NCBI GenBank assembly: GCA_973895155.1 | Contig: OZ316895.1 | Coordinates: 492,335-556,334, forward strand | Origin: Marsupella aquatica | Lineage: Eukaryota > Plantae > Marchantiophyta | Direction: 5' to 3' | Length of the DNA: 64,000 nt | Shown here: positions 14,217 to 25,115 of the stretch, one piece after another | Layout: every line of letters starts with the position of its first letter | How positions within the stretch are numbered: position 1 is the first letter of the stretch | Made by a program: the position numbers and the translations under genes | The notes under the pieces: generated by a model | Seen by the model: the letters and a program-made list of their open reading frames with translations, nothing else | Told to the model about the DNA's origin: nothing | Databases searched by the model: none

Positions 14217-17200
14217 CTACTTGTCCATCCTTTGAAGATAATTTTGGACAGTTTGTAGAACATTTCGAGGGATCTTCAAACCTCTGCCCGCCATGTTTTC
14301 TTCTTTCATTCCAGATTTAAAACCATACATTGCAGAATTTGCATACTGCCAATGTTGAGTATTCTCACCAAACCCTGGATCTCGTTCCCATGTCTTAGTG
14401 GACATGAAACAATTTAGATACCGCGCACTCTCAGTCACATCAAGTTTACTAGAGTGTTTAGGCCTCCACCATTCAACTGGGAACATTGGAGCGTACTGTC
14501 GAGGCAAAGAAGGGTTTGTTGAAGATGTAGTTGGGACTTCATGCTTTGGGTCCACCAAACCCAAAGCTCTCACCAACCAGAAATGACCTCCACCATTTTT
14601 ATTCTCCCAGTCATCCTCGGGTCGAAGAAATACAAAGTTTCCTTCACAAATATCTTGTAAAGGAATCCATCGTCCTTGTTCTCTCTCAGCTCGAGATCCA
14701 ACAAATGGTGTTGCTTGATCTTCCATCTCTTCCAAGACCTCATTTTGAAGAGCCGTCATCTCTGCATTCTCCTCATCTTCACTTGGAGGACCACTTTGTT
14801 CCGGTTGGTTGACCTTGTAACCAGTGCCGTGGTTAGTCTTAGGCCAAAATCTGTTTTCCAAGGGAAATTGAGTACTTCCCTCCCCTTCTAGTGCGAGCCC
14901 ATTTGTCAACAACTCCACAATTCTCTCCCAATATTTCACAAGAGGAAATCTTTCCTTATATGCTATAGATGTCTCATCAGTGCAACTCCTTCTCAAAAAA
15001 TCAAGGTACTTGTTAAGAAATGGGATAATCTCTTCAGATTTTTTGTGTATCTCTCCAATGGATTTAGCTAAGGGCTCTCCACTTGGTAAAAGAAGAGAAT
15101 TTGTTGTCAGATCTGTTGCCCAAATGCACCTTCCACCAACTGGAGCCCAAGCTTGCTTTACATGGGACTTATACTGAAATATTGGTACATTATCTCTCAT
15201 AGAGAAAAGAAATGATACAGGTTTTGAGTGACCTTGAATATCTTTCACCTTGAAAGTTTGAAGATATTCTTTGTAAGATGCAACTTCTTGTATCAATCTG
15301 GGAACTGGATGAATGCTCTCGCATTCCCATACCTCTGCCATAAGAGCAAGGAGGGTTGCAACTTCTTTGTGCTGAACTTGATATGATACCTTTGAAAAGA
15401 GTGCATCAACATCTTCATGCGTATGACCAACCATTAGAAAAGACATTTGAACAGTTTCAAATACTCCTCTACTCACAAGCTCGCTACAAAATGCCATGAC
15501 AGTCTGGTTTTTGTTGTCCTTTGCTGAATTATCCATCTGCAATGTTAGGTGCCTTGGCAAGGGCTTGAACGATGGACTGCCTTGCTCTCCTTGCATGTCT
15601 TCTCCATCATCCTCATCTTGCTGGTTTGGGACGGTCTCAGTCCGACTCTCAGCTCCATCTTCAGAACCAATATACCTATTCACCGGTATATTCTTTGGTT
15701 CCAAATAACCCGTCAAAAATGCTTCAAAGTCAAGTAGGGCTTGAAAGAAAGGTCTATGAGGTTCCCAATGAAGGCCATCCAACATGTCACCTGTCTTGTC
15801 TCCATTGTACTCTTCAAGGTCTCGAAGACACTTAGCCAAGGATGTCACCATGAAATCGGCATCTCCTGGCCAAAGGCCAGTGACACTACAGTGTGCATAA
15901 ACTCCTGGATCCCTCCCGTGGGTCAACATCCCTGTGAGAGCAATAGGTAGCGGCATTCCATGACCCGAAAGAGATTTAGGAGTACTAACCATTTTTGGAA
16001 TCCATGTCTTTGCTTGATCCATCTTGTCGTGAATAATGCAAAGATATTCTCCTAGGTGTTGTTTGGCCATCACTCGATGAGCGTAGTAAACATATCTACG
16101 TGACATTTGCTCACGAAGATGTTGCGCTCGTTTTTCTTCAATTTCAGCACGTTCTTTTTTCCTTCTTTCTCGCATCAAACTGTCTTTGTATTCACAACAA
16201 AGAGTACACTTGGCAAATGCACCATCTTTATGAAAACTGAAGTTTGCAAATGAGTTACTCCAGATCTTGTAGAGAGTATTCTCTGTGACAGGAGGAAGCC
16301 CTTCTTCCTTCATCTTTGTTCTCACATCTTCCAGAATCTCTAGCTTTTTGTAACACGCCGGAAGATGGTACTCAATAGAGTCTGTCCCATGTGCCCCTCC
16401 ATAAGGCATATGAGGCATGGGCTCTGCATTTCGAGTCAAAAAAGCCTCCAACAGAGCTCGTGCATGCAAGGTATTTGCCCTTGTTTTCATCAAGCCCGTA
16501 TTGCCATGGAACCCAATTTTGCAACCCTCCACATATCTCCTTTTGTAATCATAATATTTGGTGTGGCTAAAACCGTGGATAATTGCAAATGCATGTCTGC
16601 ATACGACCATACCCTTAAGAACATGGTGTCCCTTATCACGAACATCATCCTCTCTATAGTGAAAGAGGTTGAAAATGTGTGACGTTTTTGACTCGCTTGA
16701 CATCCCATGAAATTCCATCCTAATATCTTCAATGTTTTCCCTTGGCATAATGAGACAACATTTTTGCTTGCAACAATTTTCTCTTTTCACGTCATCAATT
16801 GACGCCTCTGTTGTTTTTGAAATTGCCTTGGTTTCCAACAACCTCCTCTTCTTTTCATTTGGATCTACTTGATTCCTCTTGTTAAAATTGTAGGGCCTTG
16901 AACGCAGTACTCCTCTATCACTTACATCCGCATTGAGTTCATCCCTATCCATTGAGTCCATCCTTTCAGAACCTTCCACCAAAATGTTTGACAAAAATTT
17001 TCCATTTGCAACTAGTTTTGTTGAATCAATCCGCCATCGAATCAAACTCACTACTCCCTTGTGGATGTTGGGAAAGTATTGTGCTGCCACGACATCTTTC
17101 ACAGCAATCCCAACATGGTCATCACCAAGAATTTCATCATCAACTGCCGCCGTCACTTGAGGGACAGTGATCGTTCCCGTGGCAACCATTTTGGTTCGAT

Positions 17201-17978
17201 CCAAACCAGTGTAGAGTTCAACCAACTCTGACATCCAGTTTGCCCGATGAAAATAGTCACACTTAGTGTCTGTGGTGTTTGCCGAACAAGACTGTGAAAC
17301 AAAATCCACCTTGTCCTTCTGCTTCTTAGAGGAAGATTTGTTGCTCCCATCGATGTCAACATTCCATACTTTATTGTGGACGTCAGCCACATCCCATAGA
17401 ACCCAGGAGCCCTTTGCCTCTTCAATTGTTGCAGCTCCACCATGTGCGTAAGGTAAAGTCTTACTACCATGAATCACATCTGTGATTTTTACACTAACCC
17501 GAGACTCACCGAGTAATATGTTATGACATCTCTCCATTGGATCAGTCTTGAAAACAACTCCAAAGGCCACACAATGGCCAGAGATAAACATTTCAACCTC
17601 ATCACCTGGCCTTAGGGTGGTCGAAGCATCCTCCTGTACATTTGCAGAATTATGGATGTTGTTATCTTTTTGAGTCGAACAACTACCAATACTGATGCAT
17701 TTTTGAGTAATCTTATCCGTAGATCGATATGCACATGACATATCCCAAATGACACATGAGTCAATGGCATCATGAAGATTTTCCGCCCTAGGCATTGGAA
17801 AAGGGAGCTTCCTGGTCTCACCAAAGGCCTTCTCAATGAGAACCCCAATTCGATTCTCTCCCAGCACAATATTTTGAACACTCTCTTGCGGATCTGTCTT
17901 TTGAACTGTCCCATTTCCAACGTCGTAACCATCCATTGTCAAGGTCACATCATCGCCCCTAGAAAACCTTTGAGACAT
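14217..17978 (-). CDS. Intact DDD-type transposase (Sola1/DUF7869-like) with 3 N-terminal CACTA-TnpA-like repeats and a C-terminal Tudor/BAH-like segment, 1253 aa from the first ATG
   Basis: Uninterrupted ORF. Motifs: FAKCTLC, IIHDKMDQAK, LQMDNSAKDNKNQ, SFLMVGHTHEDVDALFS. A splice acceptor (tttttttcag/tgcag) lies just upstream of the ATG at 17978. Confidence 0.85.
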   Translation of the reverse strand: MSQRFSRGDDVTLTMDGYDVGNGTVQKTDPQESVQNIVLGENRIGVLIEKAFGETRKLPFPMPRAENLHDAIDSCVIWDMSCAYRSTDKITQKCISIGSCSTQKDNNIHNSANVQEDASTTLRPGDEVEMFISGHCVAFGVVFKTDPMERCHNILLGESRVSVKITDVIHGSKTLPYAHGGAATIEEAKGSWVLWDVADVHNKVWNVDIDGSNKSSSKKQKDKVDFVSQSCSANTTDTKCDYFHRANWMSELVELYTGLDRTKMVATGTITVPQVTAAVDDEILGDDHVGIAVKDVVAAQYFPNIHKGVVSLIRWRIDSTKLVANGKFLSNILVEGSERMDSMDRDELNADVSDRGVLRSRPYNFNKRNQVDPNEKKRRLLETKAISKTTEASIDDVKRENCCKQKCCLIMPRENIEDIRMEFHGMSSESKTSHIFNLFHYREDDVRDKGHHVLKGMVVCRHAFAIIHGFSHTKYYDYKRRYVEGCKIGFHGNTGLMKTRANTLHARALLEAFLTRNAEPMPHMPYGGAHGTDSIEYHLPACYKKLEILEDVRTKMKEEGLPPVTENTLYKIWSNSFANFSFHKDGAFAKCTLCCEYKDSLMRERRKKERAEIEEKRAQHLREQMSRRYVYYAHRVMAKQHLGEYLCIIHDKMDQAKTWIPKMVSTPKSLSGHGMPLPIALTGMLTHGRDPGVYAHCSVTGLWPGDADFMVTSLAKCLRDLEEYNGDKTGDMLDGLHWEPHRPFFQALLDFEAFLTGYLEPKNIPVNRYIGSEDGAESRTETVPNQQDEDDGEDMQGEQGSPSFKPLPRHLTLQMDNSAKDNKNQTVMAFCSELVSRGVFETVQMSFLMVGHTHEDVDALFSKVSYQVQHKEVATLLALMAEVWECESIHPVPRLIQEVASYKEYLQTFKVKDIQGHSKPVSFLFSMRDNVPIFQYKSHVKQAWAPVGGRCIWATDLTTNSLLLPSGEPLAKSIGEIHKKSEEIIPFLNKYLDFLRRSCTDETSIAYKERFPLVKYWERIVELLTNGLALEGEGSTQFPLENRFWPKTNHGTGYKVNQPEQSGPPSEDEENAEMTALQNEVLEEMEDQATPFVGSRAEREQGRWIPLQDICEGNFVFLRPEDDWENKNGGGHFWLVRALGLVDPKHEVPTTSSTNPSLPRQYAPMFPVEWWRPKHSSKLDVTESARYLNCFMSTKTWERDPGFGENTQHWQYANSAMYGFKSGMKEENMAGRGLKIPRNVLQTVQNYLQRMDK

Positions 17979-18042
17979 CCTTTTCCTATTATCCTGCACA
18001 CTGAAAAAAATGGATTAAAACCAAAGTCATGCAAATTTTGAT

Positions 18043-18863
18043 TCAGACTGTGATCCTCAAAGTCTGGATTTGGACTACGATCCTTCAATTCCGGATTTGG
18101 ACCGGGACCATCCAAGTCCGGATTTGGACTACGATCCTCTGATTCTGGATTTGGACTAGGACCATCCGAGTCCGGATTTTGACCGGGACCATCCAAGTCC
18201 GGATTTGGACTGCAATCCTCCGAGTCTAGATTTGGACTACGATCCTCCGATTATGGATTTGGACTGGGACCATCCGAGTCCGGATTTGGACTGGAATCCT
18301 CCGAGTCTGGATTTGGAGTACGATCCTTTGATTCTGGATTTGGACTGGGACCATCCGAGTCTGGATTTGGACTGGGACCATCCCAGTCCAAAGTTGGACT
18401 AGGACCATCCCAATCCAAACTTGGACTCGGACCATCCCAATCCAAACTAGGACTTGGACCATCCAAGTCCAAACTTGGACTCGGACCATCCCAATCCAAA
18501 GTTGGACTCGCACCATCCTAATCCAAACTTGGACTCGGACCATCCCAATCCAAACTAGAACTTGGACCATCCAAGTCCAAACTTGGACTCGGACCATCCC
18601 AATCCAAAGTTGGACTTGAACCATCCTAATCCAAACTTGGACTCGGACCATCCCAATCCAAACTAGGACTTGGACCATCCAAGTCCAAACTTGGACTCGG
18701 ACCATCCCAATCCAAACTAGGACTTGGACCATCCAAGTTTAAACTTGGACTCGGACCATCCCAATCCAAAGTTGGACTCGGATGATCCCAATCCAAAGTT
18801 GGACTCGGATGATCCTAGTCCACATCCGAATCCAAACTTGGACTAGGACCATCCTAGACCAAC
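18043..18863. repeat. Array of about 30 quasi-palindromic 27-bp units, in the inferred 5'-UTR intron of the transposase gene
   Basis: Unit TTGGACT(C/G)GGA-CCA-TCC(C/G)A(A/G)TCCAAAC; two sub-blocks with different unit variants switch near 18390. Confidence 0.92.
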
Positions 18864-19499
18864 CCATAATGTAACGGGAGATAAACTTCAAACATTTTAA
18901 GCTAAGAAAATTCCAAATTTAGGAAGACTCCGTATTTTACGGATCTCCCTATATGGTGTAGCCTAAAGTTTGCGTGGTCTTAAGGTAGACCCTAATGTCT
19001 ACATACAGTTTCATGAAATAATGAAACCTAGCCTTATATTTGAATGCATTAACCTTATACTCACCTTAGTATTAAGATCTGGTAGAATATGAATATCACA
19101 TCCAAGGGGGATACATTGTTGTCTGTAGATTGGTAAAAACTTTCCCAGAACCCTGAAATACAAGCTATATGCCACTAAATCTTGGGAGTAAAAAACAAAC
19201 TGAACCCTAAACCACACATGTCTGTAAAAGATAAACTGAGAGGACCCCAAAAGTCAAGAAGCTGGCTAAGCTGACCCATTGAAGGTAAGTGGCTCAATAC
19301 ATAACACTTTAAGAGAAACTCCGGATTACATGGAGCTTAGATTTGGGAAACTAGAACAAGAATGAGCTCCGAAGTGGGCGTCTCCCGAAATATACCCTTT
19401 GCTCGAGTCGGCTCAAACGGAAATCGCGTGAAGATAAGGGTTGAGTACCCCTTCACCTTAGCTTGCGGCACACCTTATATTCACGAGCTTAATTGCGCG

Positions 19500-19924
19500 G
19501 GGACTACCGTGCAAGGCTGTTAGGTAGGCAGGACATCAAGGAAGGAGGCCCGTATGCAGGGTGCGGGCAACGGGCCGTACGCAGGAGCAGGCCGTACGCA
19601 CTATCAAGCCGTACGTAGGAGAAGGAGGCAACCGGCCGTACGCAGGCCGGGGTGAGGCAGGAGGGGGTAAAGGGACGGAGAGGTCCAGCCAGGACCTCAT
19701 TCTCATTCTCACTCTTTCGCTCCTCACTCTGCTCACGCTCTCCACTCTCTGCCTCCGCTCTCTGCTCTTTGCCTCCACTCGCTCGCTCTCCTCGCTCTTT
19801 GCTCTCCGCTCTCTCTCCGCCTCCCCGCCTCCGCCTGCTTCCGCCTCCACCTCCATTCTTTTTCATTGCCCTAAATCGGACGCCTGCTAAGAAGCCACGT
19901 GTCACTCTGCCACGTGTCAAAAAG
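19500..19924. promoter_or_regulatory. Putative bidirectional promoter / 5'-UTR region of the element
   Basis: Lies between the divergent genes; about 5 GGCCGTACGCA-like repeats (19548-19647), a CT-rich tract (19700-19860), and two GCCACGTGTCA G-box/ABRE motifs (19894-19904, 19909-19919). Confidence 0.55.
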
Positions 19925-22900
19925 ATGGAAGCAAATCGCGTCCTTGTGAAGTCCTCCGTGGAAGCAACAGAGGCGTTTGACCTCTCCTCTATGAGCGACA
20001 GTGTAGAACTGGCACTTGAAGACTCCAGACAATTTCAATCAAGAATCCCTAGTAAGTATCCATCACCTATCCTCCCTAAGTCTTAGAGGACTGGGACCAT
20101 CCGAGTCCAAAGTTGGACTCGGATGATCCCAATCCAAACTTGGACTCGGACCATCCCAATCCGAACTTGGACTCAGATGATCCTAATCCAAACATGGACT
20201 CGGATGATCCCAATCCAAAGTTGGACTCGGATGATCCCAGTCCAAAGTTGGACTCGGACCATCCCAATCCGAACTTGGACTCAGATGATCCTAATTCAAA
20301 CGTGGACTCGGATGATCCCAATCCAAACTTGGACTCGGATGATCCTAATCCATCCAGGAGATTGAATCTCGATTGTAGGAGCAAGTCTAAAACCATCTCA
20401 AGTTGGACTAGGACCATCCTAATCCAACAAGAGTTATTCAAATGTTTTAAACTTAATAAGTCTAACATGGATGACGTTTTTAATTATGATGCAGGGAGCG
20501 ATCTTGTTGGTTTCAAACCCGCGATTGCACCGACCGACTGCCGGGACGGATTCTTACTAGATGAGAGATCCCCAGGCTTCCGATGGGGGCTTGAGTTCTC
20601 AAGAACTCCGCTTAATAATGAAGTGCCATCAAGCACGATTGAACCTGTTTTGACCTTAAAGTGCAGAGCAAATGATAGCCTGACTTTGGTTTGCGGACCT
20701 GTGGTCTCTGTTGGCATTGGAGGGAGAGGGATGAATTCGGTCATTCTGGAGATGCACGATAGGTCATGCTGGGTTAAAGTTAACCTTATGTCAAAGGCAT
20801 ACTCCTCAGAATTCAATGTCGAATGGCACGCAAGTGGTGAATTGAGCGTTTTGTCAATGGGATTTTTTCCAAAGACATATGACACAAAGAAGTTGGTCAT
20901 CGGGGTAACTGGTATGCTTCCAGTCGACATTATGTATGGGTTTCAATATTTGAAACTCAACATGATGAAGCACCAAGGCAATTTCTCTTTTGCAACTACT
21001 TGGATGTTAAGCAATTTACTTGAGAAAGTTGGATTGTTATCGTTGGAGTCAGAGGAGCCTGGTGTTTTAATTGATAAGGATGTTGCATTTGATCCCAACT
21101 TTGATTTAGTCAAAGCAAAGCAATGGATAGAATCTTTGTCAAAGACGAGAAACCTTCCAACGGTGAATACAAACCCTGTGCCCGAGAAGGCGCCAGAGAA
21201 AGCTCCAGAACCTACAACAGAGACCGCGGGAACTACAGCAGCAACCTCTCAAAGAGCAGTGGGAAAACAAAAACAAAGCCAAAGGAAACCTCCGGTTGAA
21301 AAGAAACTTCCAGTTGAGAAGCCGGTTGAGAAGCCGAGTACGAGAAGCCGAGTTCAGAAGCCAGTTGAGAAGCCGAGTACGAGAAGCCAAGTTGAGAAGC
21401 CAGTTGAGAAGAAACGTTCGGTTGAGAAGCCAAGTGCAAGTGAAAAGAGGCCAAGACAAAAGAAGAAACAGAAAATTGACAGTGCCATCATGGATGACAC
21501 TACAGAAAACCTGACAGTGCATTCACAAGATATGGACGAGCAGTTGGACGCTCCTGAGGAGAAGAAGGTCTTAGAAGGTAATGAGGTACTGCAACAAATG
21601 GAGCAATATTATACGTTTGGGATCAATTCGATATTTTCTATTCCCGTAGAGAGTATTTTCCCTGCGTCGGCAAGACTCTGTTACAGAATGTTGAATGCAG
21701 ACCATGTAAAGGAGGTGGCCAATTCCATGATAAGAAATCCGGGGCATGAACCACACATAGCAGACTTGATTCCTTACACTACAAAACATAGAAACCTAAT
21801 GCAATATGACAACACGGAATCAGATAGGAGGGACTTTGTAGCAGCCGTGAAAAAGGGGGAGGTTCAATTCCTTGCCATTAGCGGTCAACATTCGGCCAGA
21901 GCAGCTAGATGGATTCGAGAATGGGCAAACAAGGATGCCAAGCTAACAGCATTGGCAAAAAAGCTGGAATTTCGAAAGTCAAGAATATTATCTCATCGAA
22001 CACCATCGTCAATATTAGTTGAGCATTCAATGCGATCTAATGCTATCAATAGCACGATGGTGTTTCAGTCATGCTTCAAAGATATAGTCGTTCATGCTAG
22101 GCGGCAATTTGTGGAATGTGGAAAACCTAGCCGGCCAAAACATGGGGACAACAAAACAAACGCTCAAGACAATCAAAAATTTCAGGTACGAAGTGTTACT
22201 GCTTGATTGGTACAATACCGTAGACTCTCCATGTGTGATTACAATTGAGATGGTAGTCTTTGACCACAAAGCTTCAAGTTTGCTTTGGATTGAGATGGTC
22301 CGAGTCCAAATGGATACATTCACATTCAGTAGAATATTTCCACTGATATCGTCTAGTTTTGTGTTGGACTGGGATGGTCCCAGTCCAAATGGATTCATGC
22401 ACATTCAATAGACTATTTCCACTGATATTGTCTAGTTTTGTGTTGGACTGGGATGGTCCCAGTCCAAATGGATTCATGCACATTCAGTAGAATATTTCTC
22501 CACTGATACCGTCTAGTTTTGTTTTGGATTGGGATGGTCCTAGTCCAAACTAAATCATGCACATTCAATAGAATATTTCCACTGATACTGTCTAGTTCTG
22601 TGTTGGACTGGGATGGTCTCAGTCCGCACCTGAGTGCTTTCAAACAATTGAGTTATGGAGAACTAACAGACTTTCCTTTGCAATTGTAGGATTGGTTGGC
22701 TCTTGCAAGAATGACCATGGGAAGGAAAGATTGTCGTAATGTCTACTGGTTACTATTTGCCGACAATGCTCTTTTTGATTTATGGAGTTTGGTATGCCAA
22801 TTGTGGTTGGATGGGAAACTTCCCGATGGAGCTGGTGTAGAAGGAAATGCGAAGTCTGAAAAAGCAATTACTGTTGCCATGTTTCATTGTTTTGATGGTG

Positions 22901-25056
22901 AGTTGATCTCACAACGAGACATCACAAGAATACTGACGCGGGTGAAGTCAGGAAAGGTATTGCTAAAGAAAGATGCCTCTAATAAATCAGACATGCCATC
23001 TATAGAGGAGTTGGCCAAAGATGTGAAGATCGTGCGGAAACTCAAGTCCCTTATTGAAGACTACTATTGCACCAAGGATGCGGTGAATTTCCCGACAAAT
23101 ACTAATTGGGGGAAAGTAGTTGAGGTTCTTCCTACGCTAGCAATTGATTCAGAGTTCACCAGGTGTCGAAGAGCCGCTGGCGAGGTCTATCTTGCCAACC
23201 TTTTAAAGCCAAATCATACGCGGGAGAGCGCAATCTTGCCAACGGCATTGGTATTCCGCCTAGATGATATATACTGCCAGAGATTTGGCGGAGGATCACG
23301 TTCTCGGACCCTACCATGGGTTACATTTTTTAGCGACAATCTCATGAAGACCATTGATCCAGAGTCATTGCAAGAAGCTCCTCCGACCTGCCCTCTTGCC
23401 ATTGTTAATTTTAGCCGGCTTCCGCAAAAACAGTGGACTGAAGCAGAGATTCTTGTTCTCTTTGAATACATTGTGGAGCTTCCACAAAATCCCACGATTG
23501 TGGTGACGATAACAGTTCATCCTGGACAACTTGCACTGAATGTCCATGGTGCCCTTCGTAAATTGGGACAAGAGAAAGCTTTGACCATTCACATTGAGTA
23601 TGGGAGTTATTCCCGAGATGATCAACCGCACCCTCATGACTCATGTTGGGGTGGAGGGATTGAAGAAGTTATCTTTGCAGGGATTTCTCGAGATGAAGAC
23701 GTCAATTGGAATGAAGTTTTCAAGCCCAACTATCCAAAGCCAAAATTCTTGTATACTTCAAAGGATGTTGATTATGAAGTATGCAAGATCGACAAGGGAA
23801 AGGGGAAAGCTAAGGAATCAGATGAGGGGACACAAAACGACAACCTAAAAGTGGTTTTGGACCCGGAAGAGGCCGTCAAGATTATGAATATGGCCCCTCA
23901 ATTTGAGACAGTTGGTAGTCGCGGAGGATGGGTTAATCCTCATGCCAAACCCACACGGATGATCCGAAGGATTATTGAATCCTTATCAGAACCGGGAGAT
24001 TTGGTTCTAGATTTTTTCTCCGGTGGCCAAGTCATGAAGACATCATTTTTTTGCGATAGGGAATGCTTTGTTTATTGTGACTCTCAGTCCGAGAGGCATT
24101 TTGTGGAAGCTTTTGCTTCCTACCTTTGCGAGAGAGTTCCCTCACTTAAAGCCCATTGTGAATCACTTGCTGAAAATTCTTGACAATGGGCTACCACTAT
24201 TGCGGCTGTCGCTGTTGAATCCGACGGTTCTGAGTCTGAAGATGTTGCTGACAAAGTTGCTAAAGGCGTAGAGGCATCAGAGGAGGCATATGTCAAGAAT
24301 TTGGATGACCGTGTTGGTCAAGGTGAGCCTTACGATGTAGATGATGATATTGGACTTGCACCAAACCGTTCATCTGGTTTAGATGACATCCCTCCGGGGC
24401 CCAATGAAGTTCAAGTTGATGATAACTTGGACAAGGATGATCCCAATCCAACAACGCCGGGAGGACAGATGGAGCAACTGGAAGGAGCAAGGGTTGATAT
24501 GTTTGATCATCTTTCTTCAACCAATCTGATCAACGAAGGCGCAACGAGGCTTGGAGATTCAAATGAAGCTGAAACTAACGAATTGACTCGTGGGGAAGCC
24601 GGCGGATTGCCTGACATTCCCATCAATCCAGGAGGAAATGCATCAACGGCTGCTGACAACCAGGCAGGTGCTTCAACTTGCCCTGACACACTCTTTTCAG
24701 CTTCTGATGACAAATTGGTGTTCGCTCGTTCACACTCGAGGAGTCCTGTTGTCCTTCCGTTCTCAAAAAAGAAAGGGAATAGAGTTGGATCAACTGGATG
24801 GAGGTCATTGGAACGCGACGCACGATGTTACGTGTGGAAAAGTGGGCCAAATCGAGGCCAAGAAATATCATTGGAAGCTGCTCCTTCAATTCTCAATAAG
24901 GAGGAGTATAAGAGGGGAGAATTGGGGTTCATAACTCCTATTTGGACTTCTCCTTATTGGGTAGAACAAAGTACTTCAGATGTCAATTTTGAAATCCAAC
25001 AGGAGCTTGGTGCTGACATGATTATTGATGAATACGGATCTCTTATTTCAGAATGA
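19925..25056 (+). CDS. Spliced ParB/Srx-like domain + beta-class N4C/N6A DNA methyltransferase-like fusion; one premature in-frame TGA at 24181-24183
   Basis: Exons 19925-20051, 20495-22185 and 22690-25056 join in frame (phase 1, then phase 0) through GT-AG introns. ParB-like: SIPVESIFP...YRMLNADHVKEVANSM...FLAISGQHSARAA...SMRSN. MTase-like: HAKPTRMIRRIIESLSEPGDLVLDFFSGG...DRECFVY. The frame stays open after the TGA into the 24301-25056 ORF. Confidence 0.7.
20087..20352. repeat. About 10 copies of the same 27-bp palindromic unit, in predicted intron 1 (20052-20494) of the ParB-MTase gene
   Basis: TTGGACTCGGATGATCCCAATCCAAAC tandem array; a further copy lies at about 20403-20427. Confidence 0.9.
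22280..22626. repeat. About 4.5 copies of a 79-bp unit, each holding the hairpin TTGGACTGGGA-TGG-TCCCAGTCCAA, in predicted intron 2 (22186-22689)
   Basis: Unit starts (cacattc) at 22321, 22400, 22479 and 22560; perfect 11-bp stem with 3-nt loop in two of the units. Confidence 0.9.
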
Positions 25057-25115
25057 AATTCAGCCTTTGACTTTCTATTTATTCATATCAATCTAAAATA
25101 CTTCTCGGTCTCACA

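Noticed and set aside
20113-20466. DSDDPNPNL peptide repeats at the start of the 697-aa ORF (and DGPSPNPDS ORFs at 17945-18732)
   Set aside because: These are translations of a 27-bp DNA minisatellite lying inside predicted GT-AG introns; several start at non-ATG codons.
18043-22626. Palindromic repeat arrays as a CRISPR array
   Set aside because: Units are head-to-tail, or separated by identical rather than unique spacers; no cas genes; eukaryotic intronic context.
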